Shown: piece by piece, positions 37,711 through 49,847 of the stretch
How positions within the stretch are numbered: the first letter of the stretch is position 1
Layout of the letters: every line of letters begins with the position of its first letter
Origin: Callorhinchus milii
Lineage: Eukaryota
Direction: 5' to 3'
Assembly: GCF_018977255.1 (NCBI RefSeq)
Contig: NW_024704771.1
Coordinates: 3,968,001 to 4,032,000 of the forward strand
Length of the DNA: 64,000 bases
Translations under genes and position numbers: made by a program
The notes under the pieces: model-generated
What the model saw: only the letters and a program-made list of their open reading frames with translations
Databases searched by the model: none
Told to the model about the DNA's origin: nothing

Positions 37711-38596
37711 TTATTCATTAGAAATGCAAAATGTACTTCAACTCATTTGAAGAATGAAAGAGGTCAAAGTCAAACAGAAATCATGAAGTGTTAATAGAAA
37801 GGACTGTAAGAGTCAAACCCTCCAGCAAAAATATCAGAACTAGTAAACCAGCTCCTTCTTTTTCTTCACTTTATAATAATAATCCTTGCAATTGATATAG
37901 CGCCTTATCATGCAGTTTCTTCATTCCTGATGGCGATTTGACCCTTTACTCTGTTACAGTGCTTTCCTTATATGTGAGTCTGACAGTAAATGTTTGCGGG
38001 CTATTCAACTAAAGGTGTTGGGGGAAGAGAATTACAGCTGAACCTGATCGTGTCCACTGATCAGGGTGAACGGTGTAGAAGTCTCCTTTCTGATTGTCAA
38101 AAGTGATCATTCCTGTCACAGCTGTGTGCAAATTTGCTGCCACATTTGCCTGCAAAATACACAGCCACTACACTTCAACAACAGTCCTGCGCAGTGCTTT
38201 GAGACTGCACTCCTCCTGATGTGAGAGGCGCCGTTTCAAATTTAAGGATTGTTATTAATCAATCAGTTTCTACCGTGGACTTTATCACCAGTCGGGAGTG
38301 AAACTGGAGGAAAGATCTCTGGGATTGACGTTGTATCAGACGCTTTATTTTGAGCCAAGTTTACACTTTGGGTACAATCCAGACACAAACCAACAGAAAA
38401 CTGATGTCAACAGGAAACCCTGCGCCCAGGCAACAACTTTCATTTATATAACGTCCGTCACACCACACATCATCTTTGGAGACTGGAAGCTCTTCACCTC
38501 CTTCTGAAATCCCCACCAACACCCCCCCACCCACTCCCACCCCGTATTCCCAGAAACCAGAGACAGCGAACCACATGGAAACTGAGGTAAAATGTG

Positions 38597-41500
38597 TTAT
38601 AACCGGCAGATTCTCAGCGGCTCTGAGTTTTTCCCACCTTCAATGAAACAGGGACTGAAATAAGGATAAAGTTTCTCAGTGAAAGTGTGGGTGAAAGTGT
38701 GGAGATGAGACATGGTGTCAGCGTTGTAAAATGACACCTGTCCCTCCTCGTAGTCCAGGTACACTCCGATCTTCCTGAGTTTCGTGTTCGGGGTTAGGAG
38801 GGTACGAGGTGAAGTGGCAGCCTTGTATTCATCCCCGTTTCTCAACCATATAATCCAGTATCCAGCCTCCGGCAACGCCATCTCATTCCCTTTCCTGTTG
38901 ATGGACTCTCTGACCACTCCCACATCCCACCCAGTCTTGTTGCCCACCTGCACCTCCCAGTAATGTCTCCCCGATGTGAAGCCCTCAGATGTCAGGACGC
39001 AGACACAGCAATCAAACCTCTTGGGGCTGTCTGGGAGCTTCTGTCTGTTCCCTCCATCTCTCACTGTGTTCTGGTCCTGGTTCAGGATGAGCCGTGGATG
39101 GGCTGTGTTGGGATCCAGAGTCAGTGAGGCCGGAACTAGGAAAGATCAAAAAAAACACTATAATCTTAACAACAGATATATCAGCTTTTAGTGTGCTGAG
39201 GAAGTCTCAAAGTGCTTCACATGATTTAATATATAATGTAGTAGAGTCCTGCAGCTCAGTAGTTAGAGCAGTCGCCTCGCAAGCAAGAGGACCTGGGTTT
39301 GATTCCCGGACAGGGCGAAACATTGGGCAGGTTTCCTTCCTCCACATGCCTCTGTTCACTTAGCTGTAAGTAGGAACCCGGTTGTTCGTGGATTGGAGGA
39401 TCGCTTTTCCAGGGATAATAATCCCTTAAATAATAAATTTAAATTAAAAAAATCACAATTTAGTCACTCAATCCATGACTGTTTGTGGGACACAAACTGC
39501 AATTGGCTGTCACGTTTCTCCCACAAAAGAGACAGTCAATTCACTGTACAGTACAGATAAAATGGGCTCTGTGCAATCGGCTGCCACTTTTCGACCATAC
39601 AGCAGAGGCGTGGAGTAAGGAAATCTGCCGAATGTTTGGCTCTGCCCGGGAATTGAACCCAGGTCCTCTCGCTTGTGAGGCAAGTGCTCTGACCACTACA
39701 CTAGGTATGGTAAATACATGCACAATTCTGGCTGTGTAAATATACAATGAAAGTTACCTGGGCTGATATTGTCCAGCACCTCTTTCCAGGCTGCGTACTG
39801 TAGAGGCCCTTTGAATACCCCCACAGGCAGATCCCCCTCAGATAATGACAGGTGAAAATCATCCTCACTGACCCTGAAATAAGAGACGTTCACATTATAA
39901 AGTGAAACTGCACATTGTGTTTGGTTTGTGTAGTAAATTCGGGGGATATTTTGTAAAGAACCATTTCATACCTTCTCTTCCGAGCCGCTTCCTCCTAATG
40001 AAATAAAACACAGACAGATCTGAGCTCACACTGAGACACCACATTTTAAACTCGCGACAGTAGGGCATATAATCCTACGGTGATAGATAAATAATCGTTG
40101 CATTTGATATAGCGATTTAACACGTCTTCGAGACGTCTCAAAGCGCTTCACAGAATATACTGTAAAGTGAATTGACTATATTTTGTGGGAGAAACGCGAC
40201 AGCCAATTGCACACAGTAATCGTGGATTGTAACCCATTACCCACCAAGGACACATCCCAAAAACGGAGAGACACGCACTCACACTCAGTAACTCCAATAA
40301 CTTGACATTTATATTGATATATTTCTATTAATATAATGTAAAAAAAATCATTCAAGATTAAATGAAACACAACTACAATCCAAAACAATTGTAAGTGTTA
40401 ATATCAACAGAAACGTAAGCAAATATAAATATAAATAACTGTGACAAGAGCTTTAATCCCAGGATAACCACAGCTGAAGTGTTCCTGGATGTTGGCTTTG
40501 CAGAGTCGCTATCAGATTATACCAAATAATCATTAAAATCACAGGGCTGTTTAACAGTCAGACTTTTTCTGCTCTAGTTTGTGTGTAACTTTTACGGAAC
40601 TAAATTATCATTTCATCTCTTTACCTGCAGAAAGGTGAGCGCATCTTTTTCCGTCTGTTTCTGTAACTCTGAGAGCTTTTGCTGAACAGAAGCTATTTTT
40701 CCCCGAATCTCTCGCAGATTTTTCTCCATTCGGTGTATTATCTCCTCCTCTCGCTGTCTGAGCTCTCGGATCACACACTGCTCTCTGTCAGTGAGGCTCT
40801 GGTGCATTTTGGCAAACTCAGCCGTGATGTGGTTCTCCAGACTGTCCGCCTGTTCCTGTAAAATGAATTGTCAGACATCACACTGCGCACAGTAAAGAGA
40901 GACACACGACTGAGAGCCCAGACATCAGCCCCGACACAACTTACCTTCACTTGTGACATCTTTAGTTTCTGTTTCCTTTCAGTTTCCACAGCAGTGGCCT
41001 TCCTCTGTGTGAGAGAGTCTAAAGAGGATTTCGCTTTATCCTGGAATGAAACGCAAACACAACTCAAGTTACATTACACAATGTTGGGAGGATACCTCAA
41101 ACCAAGAATTCAAATCTCCTCTCGCGCTCTGAGCTCTCAAAATTCCAATCAAAGATCAATGGATTCCTGTAGAGTATTGGTGAGAGCACTTGCCTCGCAA
41201 GAGAGTGGACCCGGGCTCAATTCCTGGGTGGTGCGAAACCTTAGGTTAGTTTCCTTACTCCACACACCTCTGTACACCTAACAGTTTGTATGTACCCGGT
41301 GGTTTGTCGATGGCGGATCATTTTCCGGGGCGAATAAACTCTCCAAATTGAAAACAAACAATAATGATAATTTGGTCACTCAATCCACGACTGTTTGTGG
41401 GACGCTGCTGTCCGCAATCGGCTGCCACGTTTCGCCCGCAAAATATGCAGTCAATTCATTCTGCATTATATTCTGTGAAGCACTTTGAGACGTTTCGAAG

Positions 41501-42166
41501 ACGTGATAAGGTGGAATATCAAATGAAAGGAGTATTATTATATTTATGTTTACCTTCACACAGCTATCGAAGGTACCCGACCTGGGGGTTGGGGGCAAAG
41601 ATAACCAAAAGCGCAGACAAAGAATAAAGCCTTGAAGGGTTTGATAATTGGGGGGGAGTCAAGAGCAACAACAAGGGCAGAATGGCTGAAAAATCTTATC
41701 AGAAATGGTGCAGAAAAATCTTGTCTTATACAAACGGGAATTACATAATGTTTCTTTTCTTTACCTTATAGATCTGAACAGCCTCCTTTATGGGTTTGAA
41801 GCTGTGGTTTTTGTGTTCTTGCGCGTCTCTGCAAACCAGACACATCAGTTTCTTGTCTGTCTCACAGAACAGCTTCAGTTCCTCCTGATGCTCCTCACAG
41901 CGCGGTCTTCTTTCCGTCTCCACCGGGGCTGTGCTCAGCCGTCGAGCTGCGTCTGCCAGTTTCCGCAGGTTCCAGTTCTCGCTCATTCTACTGTTGGCAG
42001 AGACCGTTCTGCACTCAGGACAGGCTTTCCTCTTATTTTTCCAACTCAGCAAGGTGCAGGAGCGGCAGAAGTTATGGCCACAATCCAGGGTGACCGGCTT
42101 GGTAAAGAGATCCAGACAGACCGAGCACATTAAGTCCTCGCTCTGACTCTGGGGTCTGGAAGCCAT
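38597..42166 (-). CDS. G7: TRIM RING-B-box-CC-PRY/SPRY
   Basis: Exons 42166-41765, 41040-40945, 40855-40625, 39994-39972, 39873-39758, 39135-38597 ([18 protein letters not shown]...). Frame intact. Confidence 0.92.
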
Positions 42167-43489
42167 GGTCACCTCACGGCCCCTCTCGTCGCACCTCTCA
42201 GTCTCAGGGTTTCCGTGCTGTGTGTGTGTGTGTGTGTGTGTCCTGCCCCCGGACACCGCTCCTTCACTGCTAATCACCTCTCGATCACTTCCACCTTTGG
42301 AACGGCCACGGTGAAGATCGTGTGGGAAGCAACGCGGAGATTGAGGAAACAGAGCAAAGTTTATTCGAAACACAGCCCCAAAGTGCTGAGGAGGATTCTT
42401 GGAGATAAGAAACACGGAAAATAACAACAATAATCCAAGCAGCGCTATTCGGAAAGAGAAGGGCGTTCCTCTCTCCCGATATCTGGGCCAGTAATCGAAC
42501 AACCACAACTGTTGTGTGGGATATTGCAGCGTACAAATCGGCTCTCTTGTTCTCCCACAAAATACACAGTCACTACACTACACTACACCGTGAAATCCTG
42601 TGTCATCCATCCAACATGAAAGGTACTATTTCGGGTTAGGGTTCGGGTTATTTAAACTGTAAGCGTTGTTATTATAATAGGGTTTTTGTACAGATGGGGT
42701 GGGACATTTGACATTAATATTTGAAGGCACGGCGGCTGAAAATGTGGTGCTCCCTCCAGCACTGGGCAGGAGCGCCAGCCCGGACCGTGAGCCCGACCTG
42801 ACACCTGGGTGCGGGGCTCCACCGTTGAGATCAGGTCTCTCTTGGTTTGTGTCCGGATTGCACCCGGTGTGTAAACTTTGCTCACAGTAAAGGTATTTCC
42901 TCCCGTTTCACTTCGCCTGGTGATAAAAGTCCACGGTACGAACCGATGAGCAGAGAGAGAGGAGACGCCCGCAACTGGTACGGCGGAGCTGGGTTTGATC
43001 CGGATCAAGTCATTCCAGTCACTGAACCGGGGATGTGGGTATCAGGAAGGTGTCGATTTCTCAACTCAGTTCCTGGTGTAACCCTGAGAGGGGAGACGCG
43101 TCCGAGCTGGAAAAGTTTCTTCAGGCAAAGTTAAGTGGTGTGTGTGTGTGTGTGTCCCTGTCCTCCCTCTCCCCGGGGAGAGAGAGAGAGGAGGCTCCAG
43201 GAGTGACAAACACGGTCCGAGAGGTCTCGGGAGCTGGAACCATTGGTTCAGAGGAATTCTCCCGGACGCCATACCACCCACCCCATCTCCCCCCAACCCC
43301 ACACCCACCTGATTATCAGCGGGGCGGGGCGGGGCGGGGGGGGGGGGGCGAGGTGAAGTGGGATAAGCGAACTCTTCAGCTTTGAGCTTACACCTCGGGG
43401 GAGCGTTGTCCAGGAGCACACGGAATGCTACCCTTTCCTGAACTGTTGTCTGGGTCCCGAACGTTGGGGGGGGGTCCCTGTATCTGTCA

Positions 43490-43640
43490 CCTGTGCTCTC
43501 GCCCCCAGCCAGAAGGGTTGTGGGTTCAAACCCCACGTCAGGAACTTGGAGCTCACAGTCCAGGCCTCTCCGAGCGCCTCAATTGTCAGTGCTGCCATAG
43601 GTTGGGTGAGATGTTAAACCGCGCTCCCGTCTGCGGATCG
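43490..43640 (+). mobile_element. Second tRNA-derived SINE family fragment; related pieces on - at 25670-25755, 32405-32480, 31470-31500 and 18360-18470
   Basis: B-box-like gtgggttcaaacccc and body gagatgttaaaccg shared among these copies. Confidence 0.5.
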
Positions 43641-44298
43641 CTTTCCCGGAGAGGGGGGGGGGGGGGTAATAATTGCTTCAAAAAAAAAAAAAAAATCGGT
43701 CACTCAATCCACGGCTGTGCGTGGGTCGCCGCTGCGCACACTTGGCTTCCGCGTTTCGCCCACAAAATATAGTCAGTTCGCTCTACAGTATATTCTGCGA
43801 AGCACTTTGAGACATCTCAAAGACGTGATATTATTAGTATTATTATCCCACATAAAATTGGCCATTCACTTCGGAGTTAGAATCATACGGCACAGCAGGA
43901 GGCCATTCGGCCCATCGTGTCCGTGCCAGCTCCTTTAAAGAGCTTTCCAAATTAGTCCCACTCCCCCCCCGCACCCCGCGCTCTCCCAATAGCCCTGCAA
44001 ACTTGTCCTCCCCAAATTTGTTTTGTTTGATTCTGTGGAGATTGGCTGCCACATTCACTAAAAATCCAGTCACTACATGTACGCAGCAACGTGCAGAGCT
44101 TTGGGATGTTACAAATCCCTGATTTTCCAGCCTCGTGGGATGTCCTCCTGTCATGAAAGGTGCTATGCAACTGTACTGTGTTGTTGTTACAGGCACTGTT
44201 CCTCATTCTTGTGCTTCCCATTTCTCAGTCCAGGATTATTGATGGCTCTTACAACGTGAATTGAAATGAACAGAGAATTGTTAATTCTATTTGAAAGC

Positions 44299-44619
44299 GT
44301 GGAGTCCTGTAGCTCAGTGGTTAGAGCACTCGCTTTGCAAGCGAGGGACCTGAGTTCAATTCCAGGCAGAGGGACAAACCTTGGGCAAGTTTCCTTACTC
44401 CACACACCTAATAATAATCCCTCCAAAACCCAAAACAATAATTAAATTGGTCATTTTCAATCTATGACTGTTTGTGGGACATTGCTGTGCGCCATTGGCT
44501 GCCGCGTTTGCCCACAAATATACAGTCAATTCACTTTACAGTGTGTTCTGTGAAGCGCTTTGGGACGTCCTCCCGACGTGAAAAGCGCTATATCAAATGC
44601 GAGGATTATTATTATTATT
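44299..44619 (+). mobile_element. tRNA-Ala SINE, full length, 160 bp upstream of the G8 ATG
   Basis: Family consensus head and tail. Confidence 0.9.
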
Positions 44620-44740
44620 AAAGCCTGGATCATTGTACTGAGCTTTCAAATAAGCTCCTGGAATCACAGTCACAGCGAACTGATTTCACAAGAATTAACA
44701 GGACTTTGACAGACAAGTGGCCCGAATCCACCTCCACACT

Positions 44741-44750
44741 GAAACTGAAA
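44741..44750 (+). promoter_or_regulatory. ISRE/IRF-E-like motif GAAACTGAAA
   Basis: Exact GAAANNGAAA, 33 bp upstream of the G8 ATG. Confidence 0.4.
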
Positions 44751-44782
44751 GCAGTTTTGAATGAGGAAACTCTGAGGGTGAA

Positions 44783-47700
44783 ATGGCTTCTCAACACCAG
44801 ACTGACAGTCTGACCGAGGAGTTAATTTGTCCGGTTTGTCTGGATCTCTTTACTGATCCCGTTATCCTGGATTGTAGCCACAGCTTCTGCCGCTCCTGTA
44901 TCACACGGTGCTGGGAAAAGCCGGGGCCGAGCTCCTGTCCTGTGTGTCAGGAGACTTTCCTGGAAAGGAACCTCAGGGTCAGTCGGGCCCTGGGGAATCT
45001 GTCAGAGAAAGCTCGGGAATTGAAGCTGACCCCGAACGTGACGGGAATTAAACGTCGCTGTGAGAAACACCAGAAACAACTGAGGCTGTTCTGTGAAACT
45101 GACAAGAAGTTGATCTGTTCCATCTGTAGAGATGCACAGGAACACAGAGATCACAGCTTCCTGCCCATTGACGAAGCTGCTGAAATCTACAAGGTAACAA
45201 TAACCCCGACACGGGATTCATTCTCTTCCACTTTATATAAACACATTTCCTCTGTGTGTTTGTGTTTAATTCCAGGATAAAGTGAACTCCTCCTTAGCTT
45301 CTCTCACACAGAGGAAGGCCGCGGCTCTGGAAGCTGAAGGGAAACAGAAAGAAAAGATTTCACAAGTGAAGGTAAGTTGTGTCGGGGCTGATGTCTGGGC
45401 TCTCAGTCGTGTGTCTCTCTTTACTGTGCGCAGTGTGATGTCTGACGCTTCATTTTGCAGAAACAGGCGGACAATCTGCAGAACCACATCACGGCTCAGT
45501 TTGCCAAAATGCACCAGAGCCTCACTGACAGAGAGCAGCGTGTGATCCGAGAGCTCAGAGAGCGAGAGGAGGAGATTTTACACCGAATGGAGAAAAATCT
45601 GCGAGAGATTCAGGACAAATTAGCTTCTGTTCAGCAAAAGCTCTCAGAGTTACAGAAACAGATGGAAAAAGACGCGCTCACCTTTCTGCAGGTAAAGAGG
45701 TGAAATGATAATTTAGTTCAGTAAAAGTTACACACAGTCTGGAGCAGAAAGTCAAAACCTGACTGTGAAAGAGCCCAGTGATTTTATTATCTGGTAAACT
45801 CCGGTGTGTGTCTGTAACCAGGTCCCACTTTGCGTTCTGTCTGTAAACCCACACGAACACCACTTTACAGTTGCTACGTGAACTTTCTGCATTTTGGAGA
45901 CAACATTGGGTGATAACATTCCTGTAATAATTACAGTAAACCGAGCTGTAGAATTCTCTAGTTTACAGTGTTGGGTCTCAGTGTGAGCTCAGATCTGTGT
46001 TTTGTTTCAATAGGAAGAAGAAGAAGCTCGGAATGGAAGGTATGAAATGTCTTTACCGAATATTCTTCTTTACCCCAGAATTTAACACACAAACCAAACA
46101 CAATGTGTAGTTTCACTTTATAATGTGCACGTCTCTTATTCCAGGATCAGTGATGAGGCTCTTACACTGTCACTATCTGAGGGGGATCTGCCTGTGGGGA
46201 TGTTTGAATGGCTTATACAGTACACAGTCTGGAGAGACACGAGACACAGCATCAGCCCAGGTACATGCTCCCATTCTCAGACTGAAGGTGTGTGAATATC
46301 TGACATTCACCTGGAACCTCCTGCTTACTCCTTACCGCTCTGCTCACAAATATCAAATGGCATTCTGTCTATCTGTGAGCAGGTCTCCCTCCTCGTCCTC
46401 CTTGACCTCTCTGCTGCCTTCAATACCGTTGACCACTTCATCCTCCTCCACCGCCTCTCCTCTCACCTCAACCTTCATGGTTCTGTCCTTCAATGGTTCA
46501 GATAATACCTCTCACACTGCCCTCCACTTAAATCTCCACGAACGGTTTCTCCTCGAGCCCCGGCACCGTTTCATGTGGCGTTCCTCCTCTGGTGTCCATG
46601 CTCCCCTCCTCTTGAATATTTATAAGCTCTCTTTTGGTGACTTTTGGTGACTTCATCTACAGGAATGGGTTCAACTGCCACATGTATGCAGAGGACACCC
46701 AACTCTTACCTCTTTGCCTCCACCATTGACTCCAGGACCACTGCTGTCCTGACAGAATGTCTGTCAGACATCAAGTCCTGGATGAGAACTAACTTTCAGT
46801 TGAATGTCAAGAAGATCGAGGCTCACTTGATTGGCTCCTGACAGTGCCACCACACCTCAGTTGCTGACAGTAAACCATCCAAGAAGGCCCCCTCCACCTT
46901 ACTAAGCCAGTCCGGAACCTTGGTACCTTGTTCGACCGTCAACTATTCTTTCTACCCCACATCCAAGCCATGAACTGCTCTGCCTTTCCCCACCTCCACA
47001 AGATCGCCCGGCTCTGTCACTGGCTCACACCACAGGACATTGAAACCCTCGTACATGCCTTCATAACATCCAGGCTCGACTATGCAAACTCATTGCTTGT
47101 GGGCCTCCCCAACTCCAACTCCTCCCTCCATAGGCTGCAGATCATCCAGAACTCTAATCCAGCCTGTGTCCTCTTCCTCACCAGGCTCTGTGACCCTATC
47201 ACCCCCATCCTCGCCCGACTCCACTGGTTTTCCATCACACAGAGGATACAGTTCAAGACCCTGGCCCTCACCGTCAAGGTCCTCACCTTCAAAGCCCTCC
47301 ATGGCAATGCTCCCCCCTACCTCTGCGACCTCCTAACACACCAATCAACCTGCCCGCTCCCTCCGCTCAGTGGGCTCTGGCTGGCTTCACGTCCCCTACT
47401 TCGCCCACGCGGGTGGGCCTTCCGTCACTGTGCCCCCATCCTCTGGAACTCCATCCTGCAGTCCCTCCGCCTCACCCTCTCCCTTGCCTCCTTCAAGACC
47501 CATCTCAAGACCTTCCCCTTCGACCATGCCAGCACCCTCCTTCCCCCCCCCCCCCCACGGCTCTCCACCCTCCCCGATCCCCAGCTCAGGTCCAAAACAT
47601 TGATTGTCCAGTGCCTTGGGACATCCTCCCGACGTGAAAGTCGCCATCCAAAGGCGAATACAGGACTCGTTATTCATATAGTACCGGGTGACCGACAGCA

Positions 47701-49253
47701 GATGGCACTAACATCAACAACAATTCCAGTCATTATCACCAGCGCCTTCTGGTGGCGGCGGTGCACGATCAGTGCTGTTTATCCGGTATATCCTGTTTAT
47801 CCTCAGGGCTCTGTCCTCGGTCCCCTCAGGCTGCCGAAACCCTCACCCACACATTCATCGCCTCAAGGCTCGATTTGTGGAGTCCTGTAGCTCAGTGGTT
47901 AGAGCACTCGCTTTGCAAGTGAGAGACCTGAGTTCAATCCCAGGCAGAGGGCCAAACCTTGGGCAAGTTTCCTTACTCCACACAGAGCCTAATAATAATC
48001 CCTCCAAAAGCAAAAACAGTAATAAATTGGTCATTTTCAATCCACGACTGTTTGTGGGACATTGCTGTGCGCAATTGGCTGCCGCGTTCGCCCACAAATA
48101 TACAATTCACTTTACAGTGTGTTCTGTGAAGCGCTTTGGGACGTCCTCCCGACGTGAAAAGCGCTATATCAAATGCAAGGATTATTATTATTATTATTAT
48201 CTATGGCTTTGCCCCCTCCTACCTCTCTGACCTGCTGACTCCCTGCCAACCTGCCCACTCCTTACATTCATCGGGCTCCGGCCTGCTCCATGACTCCCAC
48301 CCGACCCGCCCTACGATCGGTGGTGATGTAGGTGGCCCTACCATCAGCCGCTCTGCCCCCACACTCTGCCCCCACACTCCATTCCGCGGTCCCTTCGCCT
48401 CGCTTCCTTCCTTGCCTCCTTCAAGACCCTTCTCTTCGACCGTGCCTTTGGTCTCCCTCCCACCTCTCTGCCTTCCCTCACCTCTACAACCCCCCTCCCC
48501 CCATGCTTGGACCCCGACACCTGACTGTTCAGCGCTTTGGGACGTCCTCCCGACGTGAAAGGTACTCTATAAATGTAATTTTGTTGTATTGAGCAACTAA
48601 CCCTCTGATGTGGATCTTTCACCAGCTCACACACAGCCCCTAGTGCCCCTCGCTCCTGCAGCCCACCCCCCCGCTCCAAACCCCCCCCACTCACGTTGTA
48701 TTATTCTTCTCTCTCAGCTCCGGCCGCTCTGACTCTGGATCCTGACACAGCCCATCCCTCGCTCATCGTGTCTGAGGACCTGACCAGCGTGAGAGATGGA
48801 GACGAATGGCAGCCGGTCCCTGACACCCCGAAGAGGTTTAGTAAATCTCTCATCGTCCTGGGATCTGAGGGCTTCACATCAGGGAGACATTACTGGGAGG
48901 TGCAGGTGGGCAACAAGACTGCGTGGACTGTGGGAGTGACCAGAGAGTCTGTCAACAGGAAACAACCAATCAAGTGGTCAACAGAGGGTGGGGTCTGGGG
49001 GGTGGGGCTGGTGGGTGGGGGCTATTGTGCTATGACCTCCCCTCCCACCCGCCTGCCCCTGACAGTGGGACCCGGGAAAATCGGGGTGTACCTGGACTAT
49101 GAGGGGGGACAGGTGTCATTTTACAACGCTGACAACATGTCTCATCTCCACACTTCCACCCAAACTTTCACTGAGAAACTTTATCCTTACCTGTGTCCCT
49201 GTGTTAATGACGACGGGAAAAACTCGGAGCCGCTGAGAATGTGCCAGTTATAA
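44783..49253 (+). CDS. G8: TRIM RING-B-box-CC-PRY/SPRY
   Basis: Exons 44783-45193, 45276-45371, 45461-45691, 46014-46039 (26 bp, one extra GAA codon), 46145-46260, 48718-49253. Confidence 0.92.
46375..47640 (+). mobile_element. L2 LINE fragment in G8 intron 5 (continues at about 48200-48590)
   Basis: [33 protein letters not shown] 46928 ([15 protein letters not shown]...LHWF). Confidence 0.9.
47877..48200 (+). mobile_element. tRNA-Ala SINE, full length
   Basis: Family consensus. Confidence 0.9.
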
Positions 49254-49672
49254 CACATTGACAGTGATGTGGTTTTACCTCGCTTTCCGTGTGATTCACT
49301 GACTGTTGTTTAAGGGAATACAGTGGGGTGGGGGGGGATGAGGTGGGGGGGGTGAATTTCGGGAGAAGATCGCAAGCTCTGCCATGATTATGAGTCCAGA
49401 AGAGTATGAGAAAGCAGAAAGTGAACTGACTGTATGTTTTGCGGGTGAAACACGGCAGCCAATTGCATATACAGCATCCCACACAGTTGTGGATAAAGTG
49501 ATCAAATTTTTTTTGGAAGGAATTATTACCCCCTCGGAACAGCCACCTGCCAATCTGTAGCTCGTGTCTCAGTGAAATACCTCGGGGACCAGCTCTCTGA
49601 TCTATAGACTCTGAGCGTCAAGTTACTGTCAGTTTGTGTCTGGATCGTACCCAGTGTGTAAACTTTGCTCAC

Positions 49673-49678
49673 AATAAA
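49673..49678 (+). terminator. Probable poly(A) signal AATAAA of G8 in a conserved 3' module (homologs: G9 56772, G4 20303-20298, G5 26079-26074, G7 38349-38344)
   Basis: Same position within the paralogous module gtgtaaactttgctcacAATAAAgtgtctgatacaac, 250-600 bp past each stop. Confidence 0.6.
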
Positions 49679-49789
49679 GTGTCTGATACAACTTCAATCC
49701 AGGAGATCTTTCCTCCGGTCCCCCACACCCGGACCCACACGAGCTGGGCTTACTCCGCCTTTGATCCAGATTAAAGTCGGCTCAAAACA

Positions 49790-49816
49790 CAAAATACTGC
49801 AGATGCTGGAAATCTG

Positions 49817-49847
<31 letters not shown>

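Noticed and set aside
42167-42508. Hydrophobic N-terminal extension of G7 in the 255-aa ORF
   Set aside because: Starts at TTG, crosses a (CA)n repeat and is not open in paralogs; the conserved start is ATG 42166.
46928-47890. 320-aa ORF as a host gene
   Set aside because: It is the C-terminal part of L2 ORF2 running into non-coding sequence, lacking the endonuclease and an intact RT.
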